Position numbers and translations under genes: made by a program. From Oscillospiraceae bacterium (GTDB taxonomy: Bacteria; Bacillota; Clostridia; Oscillospirales; Acutalibacteraceae), in NCBI GenBank assembly GCA_902766755.1, contig CACXEV010000089.1, positions 1 through 55,284 of the forward strand: a stretch of DNA of 55,284 bases, read 5' to 3'. The notes below the pieces were generated by a model. That model saw nothing but the letters and a program-made list of their open reading frames with translations. It was not told the DNA's origin and ran no database searches. Shown here piece after piece: positions 19,084 to 29,307 of the stretch (the first letter of the stretch is position 1; each line of letters starts with the position of its first letter).

Positions 19084-20156
19084 GCAATTTTTTAGCGGAG
19101 AAATATAACTACTTAGTGCCGTATGTTCCGGGTGAACAACCACAGGACAGGAAGTATATCAAGCTTAACACAAACGAATCACCGTTTCCTCCCCCGGAAA
19201 GTGTAAAAAAAGCGGTAGAGGAAAGAGTAGATACAGCGAGGCTATATTCTGATCCCGATAGCAATAATTTACGGCAGTTAATGGCTGAAAACTATAATGT
19301 ACCAATAGAATACACAGTTGTGTCAAACGGTTCAGATGAGATTATAAATCTGGCTTTTATGGCGTTTGCGGACGAGAAAAATCCGTTGGTATTTCCGGAT
19401 ATTACATACGGATTTTATAAGGTTGTAGCAGACCTTAATCGTATACCGTACAGTTCAGTGCCGCTTGGTGACGATTTATCGGTATGTGCTGACGATTATG
19501 TAGGGATAAATAAAACCATAGTAATTGCTAATCCAAACGCGCCTACAGGTAGATATTTAGAACTGTCACAGGTTGAAAAGATAGTTGCCTCTAATCCCGG
19601 TAACATAGTTATTATAGACGAGGCTTATATTGATTTTGGCGGTGAAAGCGCGGTACAACTTGTTAAAAAATACAATAATCTGATTGTAATAGGCACATTT
19701 TCAAAATCCCGCAGTCTTGCGGGGGCAAGGCTCGGTTTTGCCTTTGCCGCACCTGATATAATTGCCGATATAAATAAAATAAGGTACTCTATGAACCCTT
19801 ATAATGTGAATTGCTTTACCGCCGCGGCTGGAATGGCTGCATTAAAAGAGAAAAAGTATTTTGACGAAAACTGTAAAACAATTAAAGAAAACCGCGCTTT
19901 TCTCGAAACGGAGCTTAAAAAAAACGGGTTTGAGGTTATACCGTCTAAAACAAATTTTTTGTTTGCTAAAACGGATGCCGTGGGCGGAAAGGAATTATAC
20001 CTGCGCCTTAAGGAAAAGGGAATACTTGTAAGGCATTTTGATACAGAAAGAATAAAGGATTATAACCGCATTACCATAGGTACCGTTGAGCAGATGAGGA
20101 TATTGACGGAAAAAATAAGGGAAGTATTGGAGGAAAAAAATAATGAGAAGTGCTGA
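19080..20156 (+). CDS. hisC: histidinol-phosphate aminotransferase
   Basis: 358-aa class II aminotransferase with PLP lysine context 'TFSKSRSLAGARLG'. Confidence 0.95.
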   Translation: MSNFLAEKYNYLVPYVPGEQPQDRKYIKLNTNESPFPPPESVKKAVEERVDTARLYSDPDSNNLRQLMAENYNVPIEYTVVSNGSDEIINLAFMAFADEKNPLVFPDITYGFYKVVADLNRIPYSSVPLGDDLSVCADDYVGINKTIVIANPNAPTGRYLELSQVEKIVASNPGNIVIIDEAYIDFGGESAVQLVKKYNNLIVIGTFSKSRSLAGARLGFAFAAPDIIADINKIRYSMNPYNVNCFTAAAGMAALKEKKYFDENCKTIKENRAFLETELKKNGFEVIPSKTNFLFAKTDAVGGKELYLRLKEKGILVRHFDTERIKDYNRITIGTVEQMRILTEKIREVLEEKNNEKC

Positions 20157-20730
20157 AATAGCGAGAAAAACCAACGAAACCGATATAAAGCTCAGCTTGA
20201 ATATTGACGGAACGGGCGTGTCTGAAATCAAAAGCGGTTGCGGATTTCTTGATCATATGCTTACTCTTTTTTCAAAGCACTCAAGATTTGATTTGAATGT
20301 GTTTTGTGACGGTGACAGTGAAGTTGATTTTCACCATACAACCGAGGATATTGCTGTTTGCTTAGGCTCTGCTTTAAAAAAGGCTTTAGGGGATAAGGCG
20401 GGTATAGAAAGATATGCTCATACCTTCTTGCCTATGGATGAGGCTCTTATTCTCTCTGCGGTAGATATTTCCGGCAGAAGCTATCTTAATTTTTCGGCGG
20501 ATATTCCCGCGGAAAAGGTGGGAGCTTTTGATACTGAATTATGCGAGGAATTTTGGTCTGCGTTTGTGAGAGAGGCCGGAATCACCTTGCATATAAAGCA
20601 GTTTTACGGTAAAAACTCGCATCACATAATTGAAGCGGTATTTAAATCGGTCGCGCGAACGCTTAAAAAGGCTGTCACGGTTGATGAAAAATTTGCCAAC
20701 GAGATACCGTCTACCAAGGGAGTTTTATAA
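20143..20730 (+). CDS. hisB: imidazoleglycerol-phosphate dehydratase
   Basis: 195 aa containing 'RKTNETDI' and 'HHIIEAVFKSVARTL'. Confidence 0.96.
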   Translation: MRSAEIARKTNETDIKLSLNIDGTGVSEIKSGCGFLDHMLTLFSKHSRFDLNVFCDGDSEVDFHHTTEDIAVCLGSALKKALGDKAGIERYAHTFLPMDEALILSAVDISGRSYLNFSADIPAEKVGAFDTELCEEFWSAFVREAGITLHIKQFYGKNSHHIIEAVFKSVARTLKKAVTVDEKFANEIPSTKGVL

Positions 20731-21341
20731 TGGTTGCAATAATAGATTACGATGTAGGCAACCTTTTTTCCCTTCACAGCTCACTTAAAATGGTAGGGGC
20801 AGACGCGGTTGTTACAAGCGATAAGGATGTTATATCCTCGGCGGATAGGATTATTCTTCCCGGCGTAGGTGCGTTCGGCGATGCCGCGTTAAAGCTTCGC
20901 GAAACCGGTCTTTATGAGGTTATATTAAACGAGGCGTCGCGCGGCAAAAAAATTATGGGTATATGCCTCGGTATGCAGCTTTTGTTTAAAAAGAGCTTTG
21001 AATACGGTGAGCATTGCGGACTCGGCTTGCTTGAAGGGCAGGTTGTTTCCATGCACGGCAGATTGCCTGAAAGCCTTAAAATACCTCATATCGGTTGGAA
21101 CGGCTTGCACTTCAGTAAAAAAAGCGACCTTTTAAAATATGTGAAAGAAAACGATTGCGTTTATTTTGTGCATTCCTTTTATGCGGAGAATTGTGAAGAC
21201 TCATTAGTTGCTACCACAGATTACGGCAGGGAAATAACTGCTATGGTAGAAAAGGATAACATTTCCGGATGTCAGTTTCATCCGGAAAAAAGCGGACTCG
21301 TCGGATTATCAATATTAAAGGCATTTTGTGAGGGTGGATAA
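20730..21341 (+). CDS. hisH: imidazole glycerol phosphate synthase, glutaminase subunit
   Basis: 203-aa GATase with 'GICLGMQLLF' and 'GCQFHPEKS'. Confidence 0.96.
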   Translation: MVAIIDYDVGNLFSLHSSLKMVGADAVVTSDKDVISSADRIILPGVGAFGDAALKLRETGLYEVILNEASRGKKIMGICLGMQLLFKKSFEYGEHCGLGLLEGQVVSMHGRLPESLKIPHIGWNGLHFSKKSDLLKYVKENDCVYFVHSFYAENCEDSLVATTDYGREITAMVEKDNISGCQFHPEKSGLVGLSILKAFCEGG

Positions 21342-22060
21342 TGAAGATTTTTCCTGCGATAGATTTGTTTGATAAAAAAGCTGTCAGGCTTTATAAAGGC
21401 GATTATAATAATATGACCGTATATAGCGAAAACCCATTGGAAGTGGCAAAAAAGTTTCAGAAGTGCGGAGCCGGAAATATACATATTGTTGACCTTGAGG
21501 GTGCAAAGCAAGGTAATACGCCTAATATTGATGTAGTATCGGAAATTGTAAATAATACAAAAATGTTTTCGGAGATAGGCGGCGGAATTCGTAATATTGA
21601 TACGGTGGAAAAATACATAAATATCGGCGTTTCCCGTGTTATAATCGGAACTGCCGCAATTGAAGACCCGGGGTTTCTTACAGATGCCGTAAAACGGTAT
21701 GGGGAAAAGATAGCCGTAGGCGCTGATGTTAAAGACGGGTTAATAGCCATAAAAGGTTGGACAGAGAAGTCCACTGTTACCTTAAGACAATTTCTTTCCG
21801 ATATGCAGAATATAGGCGTAGGTACGGTTATTTGCACCGATATATCTAAAGACGGTGCTATGAGCGGTACAAATCTGTCTCTTTATTCGGAGCTTTTAAA
21901 GGAGTTTTCGTTAAATATCACGGCGTCGGGCGGCGTATCAGATATAGAGGATATAAAAAAGCTTGCCGATATGAATATTTACGGGGCTATAATAGGAAAG
22001 GCGTATTATACCGGGGCGATAGATTTAAAAGAGGCTTTAGAGGTGGCAAATGATTACTAA
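21341..22060 (+). CDS. hisA: ProFAR isomerase
   Basis: 239 aa starting 'MKIFPAIDL', TIM barrel, expected position in the his operon. Confidence 0.95.
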   Translation: MKIFPAIDLFDKKAVRLYKGDYNNMTVYSENPLEVAKKFQKCGAGNIHIVDLEGAKQGNTPNIDVVSEIVNNTKMFSEIGGGIRNIDTVEKYINIGVSRVIIGTAAIEDPGFLTDAVKRYGEKIAVGADVKDGLIAIKGWTEKSTVTLRQFLSDMQNIGVGTVICTDISKDGAMSGTNLSLYSELLKEFSLNITASGGVSDIEDIKKLADMNIYGAIIGKAYYTGAIDLKEALEVANDY

Positions 22061-22811
22061 AAGAATTATACCCTGCCTCGATGTGAAAAACGGCAGGGTT
22101 GTAAAAGGAGTTAATTTTGAAGGTATAAGCGATGTGTCCTCACCGGTGGAATTGGCAAAGTACTATTCCGAAAGCGGCGCGGATGAGCTTGTGTTTTATG
22201 ATATTACCGCCTCATTTGAGGAACGAAAGCTTTTTACCGATATACTCAGAGAAGTTGCCTCCGAGATATTTATTCCGCTGACCGTTGGCGGAGGTATTAA
22301 CACAATAGAGGATTTTGACCGAGTGCTTAAATGCGGAGCGGACAAAGTGAGCGTCAATTCAGGAGCAATAAAAAATCCTTCGCTTATAAGTGAAGCGGCG
22401 AAGAAATACGGTAATCAGTGCGTTGTAATTTCTGCCGATGTTAAACGCGTAGACGGCGTTTTTCGTGTCTTTTCAAAAGGGGGCAGAGAAAATACCGGTA
22501 TGGAAGCTGTTTCCTGGATTAAAAGATGCGTTGATATGGGCGCCGGCGAGGTTGTGGTAAATTCCATTGATACTGACGGTGTAAAAAAAGGCTTTGATAT
22601 AGAAATGCTGTCGGCAGTTCTGGATGCCGTAGATGTTCCGGTGATAGCATCAGGCGGTGCCGGCGGAATAAATGATTTTGTTGAATTGTTTGAAAAATTG
22701 CCTTCAATTGATGCAGGACTTGCCGCTTCTATTTTCCATTTTGGAGAGGTTACGATACAAGGGCTTAAAGATGAGCTTTATAAAAACGGAATAAATGTGA
22801 GGTTGAATTAA
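22050..22811 (+). CDS. hisF: imidazole glycerol phosphate synthase, cyclase subunit
   Basis: 253 aa containing 'RIIPCLDVKNGRVVKGVNF'. Confidence 0.96.
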   Translation: MITKRIIPCLDVKNGRVVKGVNFEGISDVSSPVELAKYYSESGADELVFYDITASFEERKLFTDILREVASEIFIPLTVGGGINTIEDFDRVLKCGADKVSVNSGAIKNPSLISEAAKKYGNQCVVISADVKRVDGVFRVFSKGGRENTGMEAVSWIKRCVDMGAGEVVVNSIDTDGVKKGFDIEMLSAVLDAVDVPVIASGGAGGINDFVELFEKLPSIDAGLAASIFHFGEVTIQGLKDELYKNGINVRLN

Positions 22812-23459
22812 ATGTTAAGTATAGATGAGTTGAAATTCGATGATAACGGACTTATTCCCGCAATAGTAGTGGATGCTTTTTCGAAGAAAGTTTTAACGCT
22901 TGCATATATGAATAAGCAGTCGCTTGAAATTTCTATAGAAAAGGGGTTGACCTGCTTTTTCAGCCGGTCAAGGCAGGAGCTTTGGCTTAAAGGCGAAACG
23001 AGCGGAAATTATCAGCATATAGTAAGCATCACCGCCGATTGTGATAAAGATGCGCTTCTTGTTATGGTCGAAAAAGAAGGTCCCGCTTGCCATTTAGGAA
23101 TAGATAGTTGCTTCAACGATAAACTGTACCAGAGTGATAACCTTAGCGAATTCAGCATACTCGGTCTTTACAAGCTGCTTGAAGAGAGAAAACGCGAGAA
23201 GCCCGAAGGCTCATATACAACTTATCTGTTTGAAAAGGGAATTGATAAAATTCTCAAAAAGGTAGGGGAAGAGTGCACCGAGGTTATAATTGCCGCAAAG
23301 GCAAACGATAAAAAGGAAACCGTTTATGAGCTTGCAGACCTCGCATACCACGCTATGGTGCTTATGACGGAAATGGGGATAAGCGTTGAGGATGTTCAGA
23401 AAGAACTTGCTTCAAGGCACATTATAGACCATAAGGTAAAACAGGAGAAGATGACCTGA
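22812..23459 (+). CDS. hisI: bifunctional phosphoribosyl-AMP cyclohydrolase / phosphoribosyl-ATP pyrophosphatase
   Basis: 215 aa with a HisI N-terminal half and a HisE C-terminal half ('[11 protein letters not shown]...[13 protein letters not shown]'). Confidence 0.94.
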   Translation: MLSIDELKFDDNGLIPAIVVDAFSKKVLTLAYMNKQSLEISIEKGLTCFFSRSRQELWLKGETSGNYQHIVSITADCDKDALLVMVEKEGPACHLGIDSCFNDKLYQSDNLSEFSILGLYKLLEERKREKPEGSYTTYLFEKGIDKILKKVGEECTEVIIAAKANDKKETVYELADLAYHAMVLMTEMGISVEDVQKELASRHIIDHKVKQEKMT

Positions 23460-24205
23460 TGAACCGCAATAACTATCATACTCACACAATTTACTGTGAC
23501 GGAAAAGATACCCCCGAAGAGTTGGTGATTAAGGCAATTTCTGAAGGTTGCAGTGAAATAGGTTTTACAGGTCATAGCTTTACCGATATTGATGACCCTC
23601 ATCCGTTTTGTATGACGCGTGAAAGCACGGTAGAATATAAATCTGAAATTAAGAGACTTAAAAATAAGTATAAGGAAAAAATTAAAATATACTTAGGCGT
23701 TGAACAGGATTATTATTCAGATGAGAGCACAGATGATTATGAGTATATTATTGGCGCTGTTCATTATGTGTTTAAAGATGGTCGCTTTATATCTATTGAC
23801 GATACTGCCGATATACAAATTGATGCTGTGGAAACATACTATAACGGCGATTTTTACGCGTTTTGTGAGGATTATTATGAGCTTGTAGGTGATGTTTTTA
23901 ATAAAACACACTGCGATATTATAGCCCATTTTGATTTGATAACCAAATTCAATGAGGGTAATTGCCTTTTTGATACATCAAATCCACGATATATTGCCGC
24001 CGCCGATAAAGCGCTCAACAGGCTTTTGGCTGAAGATGTCATATTTGAGATAAACTATGGTGCTGTTGCGAGAGGATATCGTACAACCCCTTATCCCGAT
24101 GACAGAATTATTAAAAAAATACAAAACGCAGGAAAGAGGATAATCTATTCGTCCGATTGCCATAATAAAGAAAAACTGCTTTTCGGTATACCCGAAAACA
24201 AATAA
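23459..24205 (+). CDS. hisK: histidinol-phosphatase, PHP family
   Basis: 248 aa containing 'YHTHTIYCDG' and 'GHSF' PHP metal-binding motifs. It is the last gene of the his operon. Confidence 0.88.
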   Translation: MNRNNYHTHTIYCDGKDTPEELVIKAISEGCSEIGFTGHSFTDIDDPHPFCMTRESTVEYKSEIKRLKNKYKEKIKIYLGVEQDYYSDESTDDYEYIIGAVHYVFKDGRFISIDDTADIQIDAVETYYNGDFYAFCEDYYELVGDVFNKTHCDIIAHFDLITKFNEGNCLFDTSNPRYIAAADKALNRLLAEDVIFEINYGAVARGYRTTPYPDDRIIKKIQNAGKRIIYSSDCHNKEKLLFGIPENK

Positions 24206-24241
24206 AATAAGGCTGTGTTCACTAACACAGCCTTATTTTTT
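24206..24241. terminator. bidirectional intrinsic terminator between the his operon and rnfB
   Basis: A 12-bp stem (AATAAGGCTGTG / CACAGCCTTATT) is followed by a T run and preceded by an A run. Confidence 0.85.
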
Positions 24242-24251
24242 GTATATTGAT

Positions 24252-25031
24252 TTAATCTACAATTACTTTTCTCGGGCAAACCTCTTTACATTTGCCGCAA
24301 CCCGTACAAAGCGTATAATCTATAACGGCGAGGTTATCAATAACCTTAATAGCGCCCGATTCGCAGGCGCGTTCGCACATACCGCACGCAATACAGGAGG
24401 TTTCGCAGGATTTAAGCACCGCAGGACCTTTTTTGCGGTTTGAGCAGTTTACTCTGGGCTTTGAATTTTTTGGTATTAAAGAGATAATTGATTTAGGGCA
24501 GGTTTTAACGCATTTTCCACACGCAACACATAGGTCTTCGCATATGTGCGGTCTGCCGTTTTCCATTGTTATTGCGCCGAATTCGCAGGCGCGCATACAA
24601 TCTCCAAACCCTAAGCATCCGAATTCGCAGGCGATAGGGCCGCCGCCGGCAAGTGTCGCCGCTGAGCAGGTCTTAAATCCGGTATATTCAAATATTTCCT
24701 TTACAGTGCCCGGCTTGCCGCCGCAAGCAATAAAAGCAACATTTTTTTGAGCTTCCACCTTAACTCCCAGCACTTCTCCGAGCGCCTTAGCGGTAGCTTC
24801 GCCGCCGGGAGCGCACTTATCAGGTTCAGCTTCGCCTGCGGCAAGTGCCGCGGCATAACCATCACATCCGCTGTATCCGCAAGCGCCGCAGTTAGCGCCC
24901 GGAAGACATTCCCTGATTTTTGTTTGCTTTTCGTCAACAGGAACACTCATAAACTTATCGGCAAATGTAAGACCGAGTCCCAATATAACGCCGATTGCCA
25001 AAACAACTAAAACAGGTATAAGTATTTCCAA
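24252..25031 (-). CDS. rnfB: Rnf electron transport complex subunit B
   Basis: 259 aa with an N-terminal TM and multiple CxxCxxCxxxCP ferredoxin motifs. Confidence 0.93.
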   Translation of the reverse strand: MEILIPVLVVLAIGVILGLGLTFADKFMSVPVDEKQTKIRECLPGANCGACGYSGCDGYAAALAAGEAEPDKCAPGGEATAKALGEVLGVKVEAQKNVAFIACGGKPGTVKEIFEYTGFKTCSAATLAGGGPIACEFGCLGFGDCMRACEFGAITMENGRPHICEDLCVACGKCVKTCPKSIISLIPKNSKPRVNCSNRKKGPAVLKSCETSCIACGMCERACESGAIKVIDNLAVIDYTLCTGCGKCKEVCPRKVIVD

Positions 25032-25035
25032 AGTG

Positions 25036-25620
25036 TCAACCTCCTATTCCGGCAAAGCCTAAGAACGAAAGGGAAACCAAAGCCGCCTCAATGAGCGTTA
25101 TCGGCAGTCCCTTTAAAAATTCCGGAACGTCTGCTTCGTCAAGCTTTTGCCTTACTCCGGCAAAAAGCACCATTGCGAGCATAAAGCCGAGCCCTGCGGC
25201 AAGCGCATTAAAGAGGGATGCTACAAAATCAAGCTCGTTTTGGATGTTAAGCATAGTAACGCCCAGAACCGCACAGTTGGTGGTTATAAGAGGCAGATAG
25301 ATACCAAGAGCATTATATATAGGCTTAATGTATTTTTTAAGTACCATTTCTATAAGCTGTACTAAAGCCGCTATTACCAGAATAAATACTACCGTTTCAA
25401 GATATGTATAGTCGGGATAAAGCAAATAGTGGTATATGGGATATGTAACGGCGGACGCCGCTACCATTACAAGCGTTACGGCAACACTCATAGAAAAAGC
25501 GGTATTAAGCTTTTTGGAAACACCTAAAAACGGACATATACCCAAAAACTTTGAAAGCACCATATTATTTGTGAGTATGCCGGCGAGTAGGATCGAGCAA
25601 ATAAATGTAACCTTATTCAT
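25036..25620 (-). CDS. rnfA: Rnf complex subunit A
   Basis: 194-aa polytopic membrane protein in the RnfA/NqrE family, in the expected operon position. Confidence 0.93.
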   Translation of the reverse strand: MNKVTFICSILLAGILTNNMVLSKFLGICPFLGVSKKLNTAFSMSVAVTLVMVAASAVTYPIYHYLLYPDYTYLETVVFILVIAALVQLIEMVLKKYIKPIYNALGIYLPLITTNCAVLGVTMLNIQNELDFVASLFNALAAGLGFMLAMVLFAGVRQKLDEADVPEFLKGLPITLIEAALVSLSFLGFAGIGG

Positions 25621-26305
25621 TCTCAGCCGCCTCCTCGCTTATTTTTGATGCATTAGAGCATATATCTTTTGAAGGACAACTCTCACAGCCTAAATGTTCT
25701 ACCGGCTTTTTACCTTGTTTTTTGGCAATTCCGTTTGATACCGCCACTAATATTCCAAACACGAAAAATCCGCCGGGAGGAAGCAGGAAAATTATCATAG
25801 GACTTATAAAGCGTGAGGTTATCGGGAATGAGAAGAGTGTTCCGGCGCCTAAAAGCTCACGGATAGCGCCCATTATTGTTATAACCGCGGTGAAACCGAG
25901 TCCCATCCCGAGTCCGTCAAGCAAACTCGGTAATATCGGATTTTTAGAAGCAAAAGCCTCTGCACGGCCGAGTATAATGCAGTTTACTACTATCAGCGGA
26001 AGATAAATACCGAGTGCCGCGTCGAGGGACGGAGTAAACGCCTTTACAAGCATCTGAACAACGCTTACAAATCCGGCAATAATCGTTATAAACGCCGGTA
26101 TTCTGACTTTGTCGGGTATAACGTTTCTGAGTGCGGCAATAACAACATTTGAGCAAACCAGTACAAGTGTCGCCGCAAGTCCCATACCTATGCCGTTTAT
26201 TGCGGCTGTGGTGATGGCAAGGGTAGGGCAGGTGCCCAGTACCAAACGGAGAGTCGGATTTTCTTTAAGCAGTCCGTTAGTAAATATCTTTAAATTTTTA
26301 TTCAT
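25613..26305 (-). CDS. rnfE: Rnf complex subunit E
   Basis: 230 aa containing 'NPTLRLVLGTCPTLA' (RnfE/NqrD family). Confidence 0.93.
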   Translation of the reverse strand: MNKNLKIFTNGLLKENPTLRLVLGTCPTLAITTAAINGIGMGLAATLVLVCSNVVIAALRNVIPDKVRIPAFITIIAGFVSVVQMLVKAFTPSLDAALGIYLPLIVVNCIILGRAEAFASKNPILPSLLDGLGMGLGFTAVITIMGAIRELLGAGTLFSFPITSRFISPMIIFLLPPGGFFVFGILVAVSNGIAKKQGKKPVEHLGCESCPSKDICSNASKISEEAAENE

Positions 26306-26876
26306 TACTGCTCACCTCCGTTTGAATTTCATCACAAATATCAAGCGCCTCATTTACAGCCTTAGTTGCGGCTCTTGAAGTAATTGTGGCGCCGGTTATG
26401 GCGTTGATTTCATTGCTTTCGCTGTCAGCACCGGTTTTTAATACGGTTATACCGCTCTTTTTGCCTGAAAACTGATTATAAAAGCTTTCGTTAGTAGCAT
26501 TCTGACCGAGTCCCGGTGTTTCGCTTGATACATCAAGTATTTCAACCGCTTTTACGGTTTTGTCCGGTAACACGGCAGTCATAACCTTGACTTCTCCTCC
26601 GTAACCGTTAGCACCCGTTATGAATATGTAACCTTTAACTTCGCCGTCATCAGCGGCTTCATAATATGTGATTACGCCGTCGTCTTTTCGAACGGTTTTT
26701 TCGGTGTAGCTTTCAGCTTTAAGCACCCGTGACATTGCCTCTTCGGTTTTTTCGGCGTTTATTTTTTCTATCTTTTCTTCGGTTACTGCATTTGTACTGC
26801 TTAGTGCCAGAGATACTATAAGGCATATCGCCGCTAAAATAAGTGTCGGGTATAAAAATTTAAGTGTATTTTTCAT
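26298..26876 (-). CDS. rnfG: Rnf complex subunit G (FMN-binding)
   Basis: 192 aa with an N-terminal TM and the FMN attachment motif 'ITGATITSRA'. Confidence 0.92.
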   Translation of the reverse strand: MKNTLKFLYPTLILAAICLIVSLALSSTNAVTEEKIEKINAEKTEEAMSRVLKAESYTEKTVRKDDGVITYYEAADDGEVKGYIFITGANGYGGEVKVMTAVLPDKTVKAVEILDVSSETPGLGQNATNESFYNQFSGKKSGITVLKTGADSESNEINAITGATITSRAATKAVNEALDICDEIQTEVSSNE

Positions 26877-27790
26877 ACTTTTTTACCCTCCTTAAATCCG
26901 AACGGATGGCGTAAGGGTATTCTGTTTATAAGCGGGGTTATAATGTTCATAATAAGTATACTGTATGATACGCCCTCGGGTAGTGAACCAAAACGCCTGA
27001 TTACAAATGTTATAAGCCCGCAACCTATTCCGAAAATAAGCTTACCTATGTTTTCGGTGGGGCTTGTTACATAGTCGGTAGCCATAAATATAGCTCCCAG
27101 CATAATGCCGCCGGAAAGTATGTATTTAAGCGGATTTTCACCCGAGACAGCGGCAAGCAGAGCAACAGTGCCTATAAATGAAATCGGGATAATCGGATTT
27201 ATAACTCTTCTTACTATAAGATAAAGTCCTCCGATAATCAGTAAAAACGCGCTTGTTTCTCCGATACACCCTGAGTGCATACCGAAAAACAGTGTTTTAA
27301 TGCTCGTAGCTTTCAAATCCGCCAGCGGAGTTGCCGATGAGACCACATCCGATATAGGCTCGCTGAATTTTGTCATAAACGAAGGGAAGGATACTAAAAG
27401 TATTATTCTTGCTGCCAATGCCGGATTTACAAAATTATAGCCGAGGCCGCCAAACATCTGCTTTACAACGATTATTGCGGCAATACTGCCGATAATCGCT
27501 ATCCATATAGGTGTTTCGGGGCTTAAGTTCATACCGAGTAAAACGCCGGTAACTAATGCCGACATATCACCTATCGTTTGCGGTTTTTTAAGTATTAAGT
27601 TCCAAAGATATTCAGCCAGTACTGCGGAAACTATAGTTGCTATTAACACAAATAACGCTTTCAGTCCGAAAATCACGCAGCCGTAAACCGCCGCCGGTGC
27701 CAGTGCTAAAACAACATCAAACATTATGCCGGCTGTGGTATCCTCGTGCCTTATATGCGGAGAGGATGAACCTTTAAGTAGATTGCTCAT
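26873..27790 (-). CDS. rnfD: Rnf complex subunit D
   Basis: Start is at M31 ('MSNLLKGSSSPHIRH'), forming an ATGA overlap with the rnfC stop. The FMN site is 'SGATPL'-like ('VSSATPLA'). The ORF track extends to 27880. Confidence 0.92.
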   Translation of the reverse strand: MSNLLKGSSSPHIRHEDTTAGIMFDVVLALAPAAVYGCVIFGLKALFVLIATIVSAVLAEYLWNLILKKPQTIGDMSALVTGVLLGMNLSPETPIWIAIIGSIAAIIVVKQMFGGLGYNFVNPALAARIILLVSFPSFMTKFSEPISDVVSSATPLADLKATSIKTLFFGMHSGCIGETSAFLLIIGGLYLIVRRVINPIIPISFIGTVALLAAVSGENPLKYILSGGIMLGAIFMATDYVTSPTENIGKLIFGIGCGLITFVIRRFGSLPEGVSYSILIMNIITPLINRIPLRHPFGFKEGKKV

Positions 27791-29130
27791 TTTTTCTGCC
27801 TCCTGAGTGTAGCCTTTGCAATTCTCATAACCTCGGTAAGAGGTCTCTTTGCAGGGCATATATAAGAACAACTGCCGCATTCTATACAGTAGTTTACATT
27901 AAGATTTTCGTATGCCTGTATGTTCCCGTTTTTATAAGCCGTTTCAACACGCGCCGGAGTTAAATTCATAGGACAGGTTCTTTGACATCTGCCACAGCGT
28001 ATACAAGCGGTAGTCGAGCGAGTGCGTTCATCACTCTTCATAACAAGCAGTGCGTTTGTACGCTTTTCAACCACCGCATCAAGTGATGCCACAGGCTGAC
28101 CCATCATAGGTCCGCCCATAATTACGCGGTCTACACTGTCAATATCAATATTCATATAATCGAGTATATCATTTATCGGAGTACCGATAGGTACGAGCAG
28201 GTTTTTAGGCTCTGCTACAGCGGTTCCGTCGACCGTTATGCGTTTAGATGTAAGCGGCATACCGGTAGTTATAAAATCATAAAGCTTAGCAAGACTTGTG
28301 ACATTCATTACTATACAACCGACATCGCTTGGCAATTTACCGAGCGGAACTTTTCTGCCTGTTGCCGAGTAGATTATAACCTTTTCAGCGCCCTGAGGAT
28401 AAGTTGACGGCAGCTTCATCAGTTTAACAGTATCATCTGCATCCCGGCTGTTTGCCGCAACCTCCATAAGCTTTTTAATCGCTTTTGGTTTGTTGTTTTC
28501 AACGCAGATAACAACCTTTTCAAGCTGTAATTTTTCTTTTAGTAAAAATGTGGCGGCAATAATACCGTCGACATTTTCAATGCATTCCCTGTAATCTGAT
28601 GTTATGTAAGGCTCACATTCGGCGGCATTGATAATAAGCGTATCAATATTAGCATTCTTTGAAGGCAATAGCTTGACATGGGCCGGAAAGCCTGCTCCTC
28701 CGAGACCTACAAGTCCGCATGCCTTAGCCGCATCCGATATATCCTTTGCAGTTTCTATTTTAAACGGCTTAAGTTCAGGATCGGGAGTCATTTTACCGTC
28801 CGATTCTATTTCTATGCATTTGACTGTAGCGGCGGAAGTTAAGGCCCTGTCAACTATTCCTTTTACGGTGCCGGAAACACTTGAATGTACCGGAGCTGAT
28901 ATAAAGCCGTTTTCTTCCGCTATAAGCGTACCAACAAAAACTTCATCACCCTTTTTAACTACAGGGCTCGCCGGGGCACCGATATGCTGAGAAAGCGGTA
29001 TATAAACCGTCTTATTTACCGGCATTATTTCGGTCTCGATTTCCGCTGTGTTTTTAAAATGCGGTAGGTGAGCGCCGCCATGGATTCGCCGTACCGGCGA
29101 TAGCGCTTTTTCCTTTTTATCCATTTGCAA
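27787..29130 (-). CDS. rnfC: Rnf complex subunit C
   Basis: 447 aa with an NADH/FMN-binding fold and two 4Fe-4S motifs ('CIRCGRCQRTCP', 'CIECGSCSYICP'). Confidence 0.94.
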   Translation of the reverse strand: MQMDKKEKALSPVRRIHGGAHLPHFKNTAEIETEIMPVNKTVYIPLSQHIGAPASPVVKKGDEVFVGTLIAEENGFISAPVHSSVSGTVKGIVDRALTSAATVKCIEIESDGKMTPDPELKPFKIETAKDISDAAKACGLVGLGGAGFPAHVKLLPSKNANIDTLIINAAECEPYITSDYRECIENVDGIIAATFLLKEKLQLEKVVICVENNKPKAIKKLMEVAANSRDADDTVKLMKLPSTYPQGAEKVIIYSATGRKVPLGKLPSDVGCIVMNVTSLAKLYDFITTGMPLTSKRITVDGTAVAEPKNLLVPIGTPINDILDYMNIDIDSVDRVIMGGPMMGQPVASLDAVVEKRTNALLVMKSDERTRSTTACIRCGRCQRTCPMNLTPARVETAYKNGNIQAYENLNVNYCIECGSCSYICPAKRPLTEVMRIAKATLRRQKK

Positions 29131-29307
29131 CCTCCGAAATCATAATCGTTCGTATTATATTATACATCTAAGGTCTATACAATGCAAGCAAATTGTTGAA
29201 TAATTGTTAATTTTTTATCAAACTAACGGTTTTTGACCTTTTATGTTGAAAAAATATTGGCTATATGGTAATATAACTATGTAATTTTGTAGGAAGGAGT
29301 TCGGGCT